DNA from: Candidatus Bathyarchaeota archaeon
Lineage (GTDB): Archaea; Thermoproteota; Bathyarchaeia; TCS64
Length of the DNA: 64,000 nt
Direction: 5' to 3'
NCBI GenBank assembly: GCA_963769425.1
Contig: CAVYLP010000001.1
Location: 359,804-423,803, forward strand
The first letter of the stretch is position 1, and every line of letters begins with the position of its first letter. The position numbers and the translations under genes were made by a program. Below are positions 20,134-31,164 of this stretch, in pieces. Under the pieces are notes generated by a model. It saw only the letters and a list, made by a program, of their open reading frames with translations, was not told the origin of the DNA and searched no databases.

Positions 20134-21066
20134 TTAAACTGCGTAGGGATCATGGCCCTGTAACATTCTCGCAACTGCCCTCGAAGAAAAGATTCTAAGC
20201 ACAACGAAGGCGACCAAGAACACGATCAAGATTCCAGCTGCTAAGTAGGGAAAATTGCTCGCGAGTGTTGAAAATGAATTTGGATTAAGGTAGGCCCCAA
20301 GCCCAACACCGAACGCCATTAAAGATAACGAGAGAAGGAACGATAACTTCCACAGGATCGGCGGTGCCCGAGAAGCTCTTTTCGCCTCAATATGTCTCTT
20401 CACCTCACCTACACCCAAAACCAGGGACATACCCAGAACACCGATTATACATGGAGCCCAAAAGTTGATGCCAAGTTTTGGTTGGTAAAAATCGATGAAA
20501 GTCTTAAACCCAAACACACTTAGGATTGCCATAAACAGGAGAAGAGAGGCTGACCCAACAAGAATCCCAGTGTCCAAAATACCGCCTGAATAGAAGGGAC
20601 CGTATATTCTTCTCCAGGGCCTGACAGTGTAATCCGCCATATCCTCAGCCGTTTTTCTTGTGAGCTCCACCGGGTCGTTTTGGTACATGTATACCCTGGT
20701 TTTGATATCGAATGCGATTTTCTTGCCGTCGTGATCGTATCTGGCCTTCTTCACCATCCTCGAGAAGGGGTAGAGCCACTCAACTCCGCGGTCCTTTGCG
20801 GTGTTGAGGCTATCAAGTAGAACATGGGAGAAAGCCCCCAGTGCTAGGTATGGATTAATCAGATAAATGATGCCAATGAAGGCGAAGTTGTGGCATAGCG
20901 CGCGGTGGAGTTGATGGTCTCGGAAGTAGTCTTTGCTGAAGAAACCATACTCCCTATCAATATCTGGGAGTACTGACCCGATGGCAGCTAACCAAATTAT
21001 GTCCCATCTCCCAAAGAAGAGGGCCCCGATTAGTGCACCAAACATGAAATGTGTGGGAAGATTCAT
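20134..21066 (-). CDS. Membrane-bound metal-dependent hydrolase (YdjM-like)
   Basis: TH...GSVLPDID...HRALCH...SHVLLD...GVEWLYPF. Confidence 0.8.
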   Translation of the reverse strand: MNLPTHFMFGALIGALFFGRWDIIWLAAIGSVLPDIDREYGFFSKDYFRDHQLHRALCHNFAFIGIIYLINPYLALGAFSHVLLDSLNTAKDRGVEWLYPFSRMVKKARYDHDGKKIAFDIKTRVYMYQNDPVELTRKTAEDMADYTVRPWRRIYGPFYSGGILDTGILVGSASLLLFMAILSVFGFKTFIDFYQPKLGINFWAPCIIGVLGMSLVLGVGEVKRHIEAKRASRAPPILWKLSFLLSLSLMAFGVGLGAYLNPNSFSTLASNFPYLAAGILIVFLVAFVVLRIFSSRAVARMLQGHDPYAV

Positions 21067-21235
21067 GAGTTCTTACCTACTTGCGATTTGTCAGAGTTGA
21101 ATCACCCTAGCCACTCGAATAAACAATTATTTGGAATGATTCAATGTATTATTTATGCATTTATTGATGAGCGTCTATCGGAAATGAAATAATAAATATC
21201 GTGCACGATAGTGTTTGAATCTAGGGTAAGTCGCG

Positions 21236-21748
21236 TTGGTTGATGAAATAAACACAACTTCCTTTGTAAGTGCAATAGATAATGAAGTGGATGAGATATC
21301 ACAGAGGATTCTAGAAGAGCTTGAAAATGCAACGTCCACAGATTTATCCGACGCATCATATGCAAAGACGATATTACAGTTATCTGATATTAATTTCACG
21401 AAACGAGTGCTTAAACAAGTTGAGAGCGTAGCATCTGAAGATAAAAATGAGGTCGGAAAAAGAGCAATAATCAAGGTACTATTGCTCTCTACATGGTTGC
21501 AGAGACTCTACTTTATCATAAGATCCTCGATAATGGGACTGATAAGTGGGATAGTCACCGCTCTCATAATCTTGTTTTTTGGTACGATAAATGTCGTTGG
21601 CGGAATATTCATCGGTATTTTTGTATTCGTGTTTTCCCTCGTCATTACAAGATTATTTGATGCACAACTCATTAAAGCCACGAAAAAGATTGTTGAAACT
21701 ATGACCAATCACAAAACTGTCCGCGATTTTATCATGAACCACTTCTAG
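21236..21748 (+). CDS. Hypothetical membrane protein
   Basis: Helical N-terminus plus two TM segments. Confidence 0.6.
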   Translation: MVDEINTTSFVSAIDNEVDEISQRILEELENATSTDLSDASYAKTILQLSDINFTKRVLKQVESVASEDKNEVGKRAIIKVLLLSTWLQRLYFIIRSSIMGLISGIVTALIILFFGTINVVGGIFIGIFVFVFSLVITRLFDAQLIKATKKIVETMTNHKTVRDFIMNHF

Positions 21749-21764
21749 GTAACGAATGTTTTAT

Positions 21765-22457
21765 CTAGTCATCCACTTCACGAGCATGTAGATTTCTAGA
21801 ATTTTTCGTAAAAAGCCTCTGCCATATAGTAATTTTCTTGGAATGATAGTGAGTCTCGGTTCGATGTTTAATCACGTCCTCAAGAACCTGATAATCGTAT
21901 GTGAGGTTAATTGTGGATGAGCCTGCACGAGTGCGCACACTGAACACCACGACTCTGTATGGTCCTGCTTCTAAATTCAGTGTCTTCGTATCCTTCGAGG
22001 AGTTTAGGGTGTAATAATCTACAGATCCCAAACTCTTCAATAGATCAGGTAGTCTTGGGACCAGCAGAGATGTGACAATCGGAATCGAAAGACCACTACT
22101 TAAAAACGCGGTAGCGCCAGCCGCACCGAGTGTTAATACTATACTTTTATAGAAACTATCCCAGCTGGACTGTTTCATCACCGCTACTAACGAAACCTGC
22201 TTTGTGCTTGACCACTGAACCTTTACTGTCTGTCCTTGCGAGAGTGAAAAATCTATTTTCTTGAAGGTAACCGCGCCAAGAGGGACGTTCTCGGATACTA
22301 CTTTGTGAGTCTTAGTGACATACTCCTTTTCAGTATGTTGGACATCGATAATAATCGGATTAGAGTAATCTAATGAAGGTATAATTGGCAATGCAAATAA
22401 TCCAATTATCAATAGGACGCAAAAACCCACTACTAAATAAATTAAATAAATTTCCAC
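21765..22457 (-). CDS. Hypothetical membrane-anchored protein
   Basis: N-terminal TM and beta-rich domain. Confidence 0.55.
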   Translation of the reverse strand: MEIYLIYLVVGFCVLLIIGLFALPIIPSLDYSNPIIIDVQHTEKEYVTKTHKVVSENVPLGAVTFKKIDFSLSQGQTVKVQWSSTKQVSLVAVMKQSSWDSFYKSIVLTLGAAGATAFLSSGLSIPIVTSLLVPRLPDLLKSLGSVDYYTLNSSKDTKTLNLEAGPYRVVVFSVRTRAGSSTINLTYDYQVLEDVIKHRTETHYHSKKITIWQRLFTKNSRNLHAREVDD

Positions 22458-22572
22458 ACTAACTCACTTGACAAATATTATGATTATATAGTAAATATAT
22501 GAAACCTTTTCATCGTAAGATGCGCGAGTACATTGCCATGCTCATGTTTCAAGTGCCCTTTATATGGAGTAA

Positions 22573-24190
22573 ATGAATAAACTAAACATGAACCAACGAA
22601 AGCGCCTCGAAGACATCGGTGCGATTTTAATAAAATACGGTTTCGAAGAAGTTGTTAAGGAGATAATTCCAATCACCGCGAGGCTGAGGCTGAGAGGGCT
22701 TCGGCCTCTAATTAGAGAAGAGGATACCTACGTACGACTACGCGAAGCTCTAGGCGAGCTAGGTCCAACTTTTATTAAATTTGGACACTACATGAGGACA
22801 CGCCCAGATCTTCTCCCACCAGAGCTAGTCAAGGAGCTCGAATTATTACCCGATAAAATCAAACCAATCCCCTATGAGGAGGTGAAGAAAATCATAGAGG
22901 AGAAGATTGGCAATGTTGATGAAATATTCACTGATATAAAAGAGGAGCCGCTATCATCCGGGAGCCTAAGCCAGAAACACGTCGCCACACTAAAAGATGG
23001 GAGACAAAGTCGTCCTCAAGATCAAGAGGCCTGAGATATCAGATGAAATTGACACAGATCTCAAGGCCCTTGACACAATAGCTATTCACGCTGGAAAGAT
23101 CTCTGATGAGCTGAAACTCTTCAACTTCCCTGAGGTGGTGAAGGAGTTCTCAATAGAGATCCAGAAGGAACTCGACTTCGTGGAGGAGGGTAAGAGCGCC
23201 GAACTCCTTTCGAAGGATATGGAAGAGTACACAAAGATACGTGTGCCAAGGATCTACTGGAAGTACACAAGTGAAGACCTACTCGCGATCGAATATGTCG
23301 AAGGAATAACAATAGATCACGTGGAAGAGATTGCTGCAATGGGGGTCGACACTGGGGAACTCGCACTCCTCTGCTTCCGCTCCTACCTTAAACAAATCTT
23401 CCTCGATGGATTCTACCACGGAGACCCGGAACCAGAGAACCTAATTGTAACAAAGAAAGGTGAACTCTTCTTCATAGACTTCGGCCTGATGGGGGTACTC
23501 CGCCAAGGGAAGAGAGACATGTTTACTCGACTCATGATCGCGATATTTGAAGACGATACAGATGAGGTCGTAAGGTCACTGGAGGGACTCGGACTACGGG
23601 GTAGAAGCGAAGATAAAGAACTCCTTAACGACGACATATACGTTGTTCTGAAGGAAGCGAAAGTTAAAACCAGTTATGTAAGTGGCAATAAACTCGCAAG
23701 CATCATAACAGCCGTCAGGAAACGCGATCTTGAACTCCCAATGCAATCGATGCTAGCAATTAATACTCTACTCAAGGTAGATTTCAACACGAAGTCCCTA
23801 TATCCAGACTTTAAGCTCATGGATGAGACAAATACTTACCTGAGCGAAGTTGCTAGAAAGAGGGTCGTGGACCTCGGTAACATTAGAAAGAGTGGGTTAT
23901 CTTTCCTAGATACTATACAAAGCTCAAAAGACTTGCCTCAACACATGAACGATGCCCTACTAACTATAACAGAGGGACCGATTCGTTTCAAACTCGACTA
24001 CGAGAACCTAGACAACCTGGCGAAAAGCGTCGATAACGCGACCTATAGGATCCTCGTCGCCGTAGCGCTGGTAATTCTCTCATACCAAAACATCACAATT
24101 TTCAATTTCCCCATAAGCACGTTGATTGCCTATTTGTTGGCTGTGTCACTCGGTGCCTTCGCAATATACAAGTTATTTCTAAGTAAATGA
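22573..24190 (+). CDS. Second ABC1/UbiB kinase, divergent motifs, frameshift near 23000
   Basis: LGPTFIKFGH, SSGSLSQ, then (shifted frame) VVLKIKRP, ELDF, FYHGDPEPEN, DFG. Confidence 0.85.
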
Positions 24191-24300
24191 TCATTGAATC
24201 GTGCTATCACTCTTACATCTGTTCCAACAACTCGCACCCTCAAACTTTAACAAGTTTCTTCTACTGAATCCATAAGACTATCTAAAGTGGATTTTAAGAA

Positions 24301-24378
24301 TGGTGGGCCCGAAGAGATTTGAACTCTTGATCTTCTGATTATCAGTCAGACGCCTTAGCCTAACTAGGCCACGGGCCC
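24301..24378 (-). tRNA. tRNA-Ile(GAT), CCA encoded, no intron
   Basis: GGGCCCG acceptor stem, TCTGA-CT-GAT-AA-TCAGA anticodon arm, GTTCAAAT T-loop, ends ACCA. Confidence 0.96.
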
Positions 24379-24441
24379 GGCACCCTTTCTGGATGCATCG
24401 CCCTGTTAAATATTTAACTCTCCCCCACCGATGGGACCCAC

Positions 24442-25275
24442 ATGGAGCCGCTCACCATCCACTTCCTCGGCACCGGCGGGGGCCGCCACACGATGTGCAC
24501 CCAGAGGAGGAAAACCGCGGGGATAAGGCTCGAGCACGGGGAGACGCATATACACGTCGACCCCGGTCCCGGCGCCCTCGTCCACAGCATATACGCAGGC
24601 CTCACACCCATGAAGCTTGACGGCGTAGTCGTCACCCACTGTCACCCCGATCACTATACTGATGCCGAGGTCCTCGTCGAGGCCATGACCGGCGGCACAA
24701 CAAGGAAGCGAGGAGTCCTCGCCGCCGCTAAGAGTGTCCTCAAGGGGGGTGAAGACCTAGACCCCAGCATAAGCCAGTACCACCAGAGGCTCGCGGGGAG
24801 GGTCGAGGAGCTCGTCCCAGGTTCCAAGTTTGAGATCGGGGACATAGCCTTCGAGGCCTTAAAAGCCATTCATGGGGATGGGGATGCTATTTGTATCAAA
24901 TTCGATGTCCCAGACGTCGGCTCACTCGCGTACACGAGCGATACCGAGGCGTACCCCGGCCTAGGTGAATCACTCAAAGGGTGTCGACTCATAGCCCTCG
25001 GCACGATGTGGCCAAGGGGGAGCCCATTGGTCGGCCACATGTGCACGGATGACGCTCTCAGGGTTATTGAGGAGGCGAAGCCCGGCTGCGCGGTTACGAC
25101 GCACTTCGGGCTCAAGCTCCTGTACAAGGACCCTGCGAAGGAGGCGGAGTGGCTTGAGGAGCAATCAGGTGTTCCGGTAGTCTCGGCGGTTGATGGGATG
25201 ACCGTGACCCTCGGGGAAAACATCACAGTTAGAGGGCCCCGGAAGCTGGACGAGCCCAGGGTCATCGAAGCCTAG
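24442..25275 (+). CDS. MBL-fold metallo-hydrolase
   Basis: FLGTGGGR, VDPGPGA, THCHPDH, YTSDT, THFG. Confidence 0.88.
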   Translation: MEPLTIHFLGTGGGRHTMCTQRRKTAGIRLEHGETHIHVDPGPGALVHSIYAGLTPMKLDGVVVTHCHPDHYTDAEVLVEAMTGGTTRKRGVLAAAKSVLKGGEDLDPSISQYHQRLAGRVEELVPGSKFEIGDIAFEALKAIHGDGDAICIKFDVPDVGSLAYTSDTEAYPGLGESLKGCRLIALGTMWPRGSPLVGHMCTDDALRVIEEAKPGCAVTTHFGLKLLYKDPAKEAEWLEEQSGVPVVSAVDGMTVTLGENITVRGPRKLDEPRVIEA

Positions 25276-25312
25276 TTAGGTTTATCCGGGCAACCCCTTA
25301 TCGTTCTGCATC

Positions 25313-26458
25313 ATGTCCGGCGGGGATCGAAGGGGGCTTCTCAGGCTCCTCTATATATCAGTCTTCCTTGTGGCGACGGCCATTGGGACGCCGATGATGC
25401 TCACCCCCGTTCAGGCGGAGAGGCTTGGCGCCACCCTCCTCGACATCGGCATCATGGGCACAGCCGCCGCCGCGGTCTACACCGCGATGACCCTCATAGC
25501 GGGAACCCTCCTCGACAGGTTCGAGAAGGTTCGCCTCTTCCTTATCTTCAACGTCTTCACGGCGGTGAGCCTCGTCTACCTCGCCATGGCCACCGACTTC
25601 ACGGGGGTATTCATAAGCAGAGTCCTCCTCGGGGTCGCAGGCGGAGCCTTCTGGGCCGCGGCGGGGGCCATCACAGCAGACATGGCGCCCCCGGAGCTCC
25701 TCACACACGCAATCGGTAGGTACAACCTTAGCTGGATACTCGGCTTCGTCCTCGGCCCCTTCGTCGGGGGCTGGGTCGCTGATTCCTTCGGTTACGCCGC
25801 GCTGTGGTGGATGCTCGCAGTCGTAATGGCCGCCGCACTCGTCGTCAACGGCATCCTCGTGCCGAGGATCAGGCTCGAATCCGAGTCACTGGAGATTAAG
25901 TTCGACTTCTCCGCCGTTTCCCAGCTTAGGTGGGCGTACCTGACTATGATCCCTTACGCCCTCGGGCTGGGGATTTACTTCTACATCCTCCCCGGCTACA
26001 TGGCGGAGAAGGGGCTCACAGCCACCGTGATTGGCTTTCTCCTAGCTCTAGACAGCGCCGTGAAGGGGCTCGGCTTCTACTACTCGGAGAAAATCGTTAG
26101 AGTCGGAGTCAAGAGGGGGATGTTAGTCGCCACCATCGCCCTAGCCGTCAGCCTCGCCGGCGTCGCCTACGCCTCGAGCACACTCGAGTTCCTCTGGCCA
26201 CTCATCCTCTTCGGCGCTGCGAACGGCGTCATAGAGCCCCTCATCCTCGACTTCATCGCCCACGGCTCACCCAGGGGCAGCCTCGGCGCCACGATGAGCT
26301 TCTACGAATTCATGTACGGCGCCTTCACGTGCGTTAGCCCCATCGCGGCGGGCTACATTAGCCAGCTCTACCCGCTCTCGACTACCTACGTGGGGCTCGG
26401 CCTCATCAGCCTCCTCATAATCCCCGCCTCGGCTAAGCTACGGAAGGGAAAAGGTTAA
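25313..26458 (+). CDS. MFS transporter
   Basis: About 12 TM segments; GTLLDRF, SRVLLGVAGG, GPFVGG. Confidence 0.88.
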   Translation: MSGGDRRGLLRLLYISVFLVATAIGTPMMLTPVQAERLGATLLDIGIMGTAAAAVYTAMTLIAGTLLDRFEKVRLFLIFNVFTAVSLVYLAMATDFTGVFISRVLLGVAGGAFWAAAGAITADMAPPELLTHAIGRYNLSWILGFVLGPFVGGWVADSFGYAALWWMLAVVMAAALVVNGILVPRIRLESESLEIKFDFSAVSQLRWAYLTMIPYALGLGIYFYILPGYMAEKGLTATVIGFLLALDSAVKGLGFYYSEKIVRVGVKRGMLVATIALAVSLAGVAYASSTLEFLWPLILFGAANGVIEPLILDFIAHGSPRGSLGATMSFYEFMYGAFTCVSPIAAGYISQLYPLSTTYVGLGLISLLIIPASAKLRKGKG

Positions 26459-26517
26459 AAAAATACACATAGGAGTTAAATAATTTTCAATCACCAATTA
26501 TACTTGGACTGATTGAA

Positions 26518-26934
26518 ATGGTAAAAGTACCCGAAGAAGCAAAGGCAGTTTTCGATAAGGAACGTATCATCCCACTAGCCACAGTCGACAAGTCGGGCAA
26601 ACCGAACGTCGTCATGGTCGCTTTCTGGTGGTGGATAGACGACGAACACATCGCCGTCGTCGAAAACTTCCTGCAAAAAACACGCGACAACCTCAATTCC
26701 ACCAAGTGGGGGTGTATGGTAGCTTATGACATGTCCATACACAAGAGCTACCAGATCAAGTGCAAGGCAGAGCTAGTCACATCTGGCCCCCTCTTCAACG
26801 AGGGCAAGAAAAGAGTCGAGGAGTACAAGAAGAAGAACCCCATAGAGCTACCCGCGAGGGCGGTGTGGAAACTCAAGGTCGAGGAGCTCTGGTTCCAGGC
26901 GCCAGGCCCAGACGCGGGGAAGCGCCTAGCCTAG
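26518..26934 (+). CDS. Pyridoxamine 5'-phosphate oxidase family FMN-binding protein
   Basis: LATVDKSGKPNVV, KTRDNL, SYQIK, QAPGPDAGK. Confidence 0.82.
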   Translation: MVKVPEEAKAVFDKERIIPLATVDKSGKPNVVMVAFWWWIDDEHIAVVENFLQKTRDNLNSTKWGCMVAYDMSIHKSYQIKCKAELVTSGPLFNEGKKRVEEYKKKNPIELPARAVWKLKVEELWFQAPGPDAGKRLA

Positions 26935-27020
26935 ACCCCCTCTAATCCATCGCCTTCATTGTATACTACAACTCAATGAGGTCGAGAAAAGCCAAGACCC
27001 CACCTCCTCTCCTTTGCTCT

Positions 27021-27038
27021 AAAAAACCGGTTTTTTTT
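27021..27038. terminator. Palindrome with T-tract, probable terminator
   Basis: Perfect palindrome AAAAAACCGGTTTTTT; the T-run is 8 long. Confidence 0.4.
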
Positions 27039-27082
27039 ATTCCAGCTAAATCTTTTTATCAGTCTTCGATGAACCCTATTTC

Positions 27083-27176
27083 GGATGCGGGGGCTGTCTA
27101 TGGGGTATCGTTTTGTCCTCGCCCTGTGCGGGGCCTGAAGGATCGTATAACCAAGATAGCATCCTAGTCCCCGCGG
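27083..27176 (+). ncRNA. Candidate structured small RNA upstream of valS
   Basis: TATA-like TTTTTAT about 25-30 nt upstream; pairings GCGGGG/CCCCGC, GCTGTCT/AGATAGC, GGAT/ATCC and apical GCCC/GGGC. Confidence 0.4.
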
Positions 27177-27243
27177 ACAAGGTTTTAAGGCTCCGCCACG
27201 CTTCTGAGCCTATTCAGCCGCATCCAGTAGACGGTGAAAAGCG

Positions 27244-29672
27244 ATGAAACAGCTGCCTAACAAGATAGACTTCCTGCAAACAGAGGAGAAGTGGGAGAAA
27301 CTCTGGGAGGAACACGGCACCTACAGGTACGATTGGAACGATGACGTTCGCCCCAGGTACAGCATAGACACGCCTCCCCCCTACCCTAGTGGCGACTTCC
27401 ACATGGGCAACGTCCTAAACTGGACCTACTTCGACATGAGAGCCCGCTACAAGAGGATGCGGGGCTTCAACGTCCACTTCCCACAGGGCTGGGACTGCCA
27501 CGGGATGCCCACGGAGGTCGCCGTGGAGAAGAACAAAAAGATACGTCGTAGCGACGTCCCACCAGATGTCTTCCGGAAGATGTGCGAGGAGTGGGTCGCC
27601 CAATACATCGCCAAGATGAAGACCGCAATCGTGCGCCTCGGCACAAGTACCGACTGGAGCCTCGAATACCGCACCATGGACCCTGACTACATCAGGAAGG
27701 TGCAGCTCAGCTTCCTCATACTCTACGGGAAGGGACTCATCTACAAGGGGGAGCACCCAATTAACTACTGCCCCAGATGCGAGACGGCCATCGCCGACGC
27801 AGAGGTCGAGCGCCTCAAGAGAACTGGGAAGATCTACAGCCTCGCCTTCGGCGTCCCCGGTGGTGAACTCGTCATCGCGACCACACGCCCCGAGTACGTA
27901 GCCGCCTGTGTCGCCATAGGCGTGAACCCCACCGACGAGCGCTACAACAAGCTCATCGGCAAGGACGCGACGACACCGATCTACGGAAAGAAGATACCGA
28001 TCATCGCTAAGGACGACGTCGACACCACCTTCGGCACAGGCGCCATGATGATCTGTACCTACGGCGACAAGGCGGACGTCATCGACGTAGCCCGCTTCAA
28101 GCTCCCCGTGGTAAACCTCCTCGACAAGAGGGGGCGCCTCAACGAGAACGCGGGCAAGTACGCCGGCATGACCATCACCGAAGGCAGAAAGGCTATCGTC
28201 GAGGACCTGCAAGGCCGCCGGGCTCCTCAAGGAGGAGAAGCCCCTCGAGCAGGAGGTGGGCACATGCTGGCGCTGCGACACACCCATCGAGGTGGTGAAC
28301 GCCAAGCAATGGTTCATGCGCACAACCGCCTTCAGCGACCAGATCATCGAGCAGGCGAAGAAGATCACCTGGTACCCCGACTTCATGAGATACAGGCTCA
28401 TCGACTGGACGAAGAGCCTCGACTGGGACTGGGTGCTGAGCAGGCAGCGCGTATTCGCGACGCCCGTTCCCGCGTGGTACTGCAAGCAGTGCGGCGAGAT
28501 ACATCTAGCCGAACCGGAGGAGCTACCAGTGGACACGAAGGTCACTCAGCCAAGGGGCAAGTGCGCCAAGTGCGGCGGCTCCGAGTTCATCCCCGACTAC
28601 GACGTAATGGACACGTGGTTCGACAGCAGCATGACCTGCGCCATACACGCAGGGTGGCCGGACAGGCCAGACTGGCACAAGCTCTTCCCCGCATCCCTCC
28701 ACCCGAGCGGGCAGGACATCATCAGGACCTGGGCATACTACCTCATGGTGAGGCACCTCGCCCTCTTCGACGAGCCCGCCTACAACTCCGTCCTCATCAA
28801 CGGGATGGTCCTCGGCGGCGACGGCAGGAAGATGAGCAAGAGCCTCGGTAACTTCGTCAACACCCCCGAGGTATTCGGGAAGCACGGCGCAGACGCCGCA
28901 CGCCAGTGGGCAGCCGCGGGCGGAAGCACCGGCACCGACATCCCGTTCAGGTGGGAGGACGTCGAGTACGGACGCAGGTTCCAGACCAAGCTCTGGAACG
29001 CCTGCAGGTTCAGCGCCATGAGGCTCGAGGACTACGACCCCGCCGCGGAGGCGGAGCCTACGCTGCTCGACCGCTGGATACTCTCAAAGCTGGAGAAGAC
29101 TGTCAAGGTCTCGACGGACGCGATGGAGAACTGCGAGTGGATGAACGCCACGGAGGCGGCTCGCAACTTCACGTGGCACGTCTTCTGCGACGACTACCTC
29201 GAGGCCATCGAAGTACAGGTTGTACGGTGAAGGAACGCCGAAACTCGCCGCGCAGCAGACGCTATACTACACCATCAAGAGGACGCTGCAGCTGCTCGCC
29301 CCCGTAATTCCGCACATCACGGAGGAGATATACAGCACCATGTACGCTGCCGATGCGAAGGACAGCATCCACATCAGCAAGTGGCCCGACACGACGCCTC
29401 GCTCGTGGACGAGGAGGCGGAGAGAGCGGGCGACCTAATGACGGCGATCATGGGTGAGGTGAGGAAGCAGAAGAACAAGCTGGGCGTCCCACTCAACAAG
29501 CCAGTGAAGAGGCTCGCGATCTACGCTGACGAGAAGGCGCTCGCGGACGCCCGCCTCGGGGACCGGGACATGAAGGAGACGCTCAAGATCGAGGAGATCG
29601 ACCTACGACCTCCGGCTCCGGCGAGGCTGAGGTCGAGGGACACGCGGGCTTGAGCCTCACCTTACACTCTAG
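27244..29672 (+). CDS. valS: Valyl-tRNA synthetase (archaeal type), several apparent sequencing frameshifts (~28215, ~29213, ~29390, ~29610)
   Basis: DTPPPYPSG, HMGN, GWDCHG, ATTRPE, DWVLSRQR, KMSKS, KLWNA across frames. Confidence 0.95.
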
Positions 29673-29782
29673 CCCCCATTTTTCACGAAACCCAAATCAC
29701 CACCGTTCTACATACTTAGAACTACTGTACTAAACTGTGGGATTATACTGAACACCCGTAGAGCACTAGGTAGTGAAGAGAC

Positions 29783-31113
29783 GTGAGACACATCACGACA
29801 CTAGTCGCGATCTTCCTGGCGGCGCTCATAGTGCCGACCAGCATCTACGCTCATACAGAACCCCAGTCAGGGGAGCAACATCAGCAAACCCGAGGACATC
29901 GCTCTCAGATTCATCAGGGATGGTCCAACCTTCAGCTTCGACGGCATCACAACCACGCTAAAGATCACCGATGTGACCATCAACAAGAGCAACACCTCCT
30001 CAGTATATTGTGACAGTTGGATTTCCAGTGCCTGCACGGCGGCTACGGTGACAGGACTGACCAGATAATCACTCAGGCGATTACATCGCACACGGCGGTC
30101 GTGACAGTCGTCGATGGCAAGGTCATCAGCGCAGTCATCGACGGATGCATGGAATGAGGTTGCACAGAGGCCTGTCACCAATGACGACATGAAGGCAACA
30201 ATCGAGGCGATAGCCCTCAACTGGCTGGTCAATGCCCCAACATTCAAGTTCGATGGCGTCAAGGGCTCCGCCAAGGTCGTCGACTCGTGGCTCGCCATGA
30301 CCTTCGTCGCGCCGAGCTTCTGGGGCGTGACAATCGAGTTCGACTGCCTGCACGCAGGCTACGGTGACCGCAGCGACCAGATGCTTGCACAGGTCATAAC
30401 CCACCACGTCGCAAAGATCCACGTGACGGAAGGCGCAGTTAACTTCGCAGTCATCGATGACAAGTGGGATGAGGTAAAGCAGGTTGAGCTAACGCCTAGT
30501 CTCAACCATCCTCACCCCCGAGCAGGCGAGGGACATAGCCTTCAACTACGTCATTCAGAAGTATGGAATCTGATAACTCTCTCCCAAGCGACTGGATGAT
30601 AGAGAATCTCAACCCAACGGGACTTGTAGGTTCCCAGACAACTCGATACACCTCAGGCGACTGGGTGATCACAGTAAAGTACGCAGTGGTCTGGAAGCCC
30701 ATGTACAACGTCACAGTTGAGAACGGCTCCACCATCTCATGGACTGGCAGCGTGGACCAGAGCGGCTCCGTTCAGTCGAGGTGAGCCCGCTAATCCAAAC
30801 GTCCCTCAGCTCATCTACACACCAGACATAGCCCGTAAGATGTGCATTGATTACCTACTCGCCAACCACCCCGAGGTCGTGGCACAGACTGCCAACTGAG
30901 TGGGTCGAGACGAACCTTGTGCCACAGAACCTTGTCGGAATCACGAAGGTACAATACACCGCTGGCGGGTGGACCATAACGGTCTCAGCACCAGTTGTCT
31001 GGAAGCCAACCCACACCGTCTCGATAAACTACACCGGCCCAGAGGGGTCCTTCACTTGGGAGGGGACACTCCCACAGGGCGGGCCCATCAACGAAATCAG
31101 CTTCAGTAAGTAA
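29783..31113 (+). CDS. Secreted protein with A-A-B-B repeated domains, frameshifted
   Basis: Signal peptide; two copies of PTFxFDG...LHxGYGDRxDQ...VITxH; two copies of LPxxW...xLVG...YTxGxWxITVxxxVVWKP. Confidence 0.65.
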
Positions 31114-31164
31114 AATCCTAGTTTTTCCTATACTAAGCTTAATTCTAAAAAAGGCTGATTCTTC

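Noticed and set aside
14430-24301. att duplication of the tRNA-Ile 3' end bounding the stress cluster
   Set aside because: I found no second TGGTGGGCCC-like copy and no integrase by eye, so it is not called as a mobile element.
27060-27243. T-box or self-cleaving ribozyme upstream of valS
   Set aside because: No T-box consensus (TGGNACCGCG), no hammerhead core (CTGANGA...GAAA), and the HDV-like P3 pairing fails.
27244-29672. Programmed frameshifting or pseudogenisation of valS (also upp, ABC permease, gcvH-like, livK-like)
   Set aside because: Several scattered single-base indels in an essential gene, with no consistent slippery motif, point to sequencing error.
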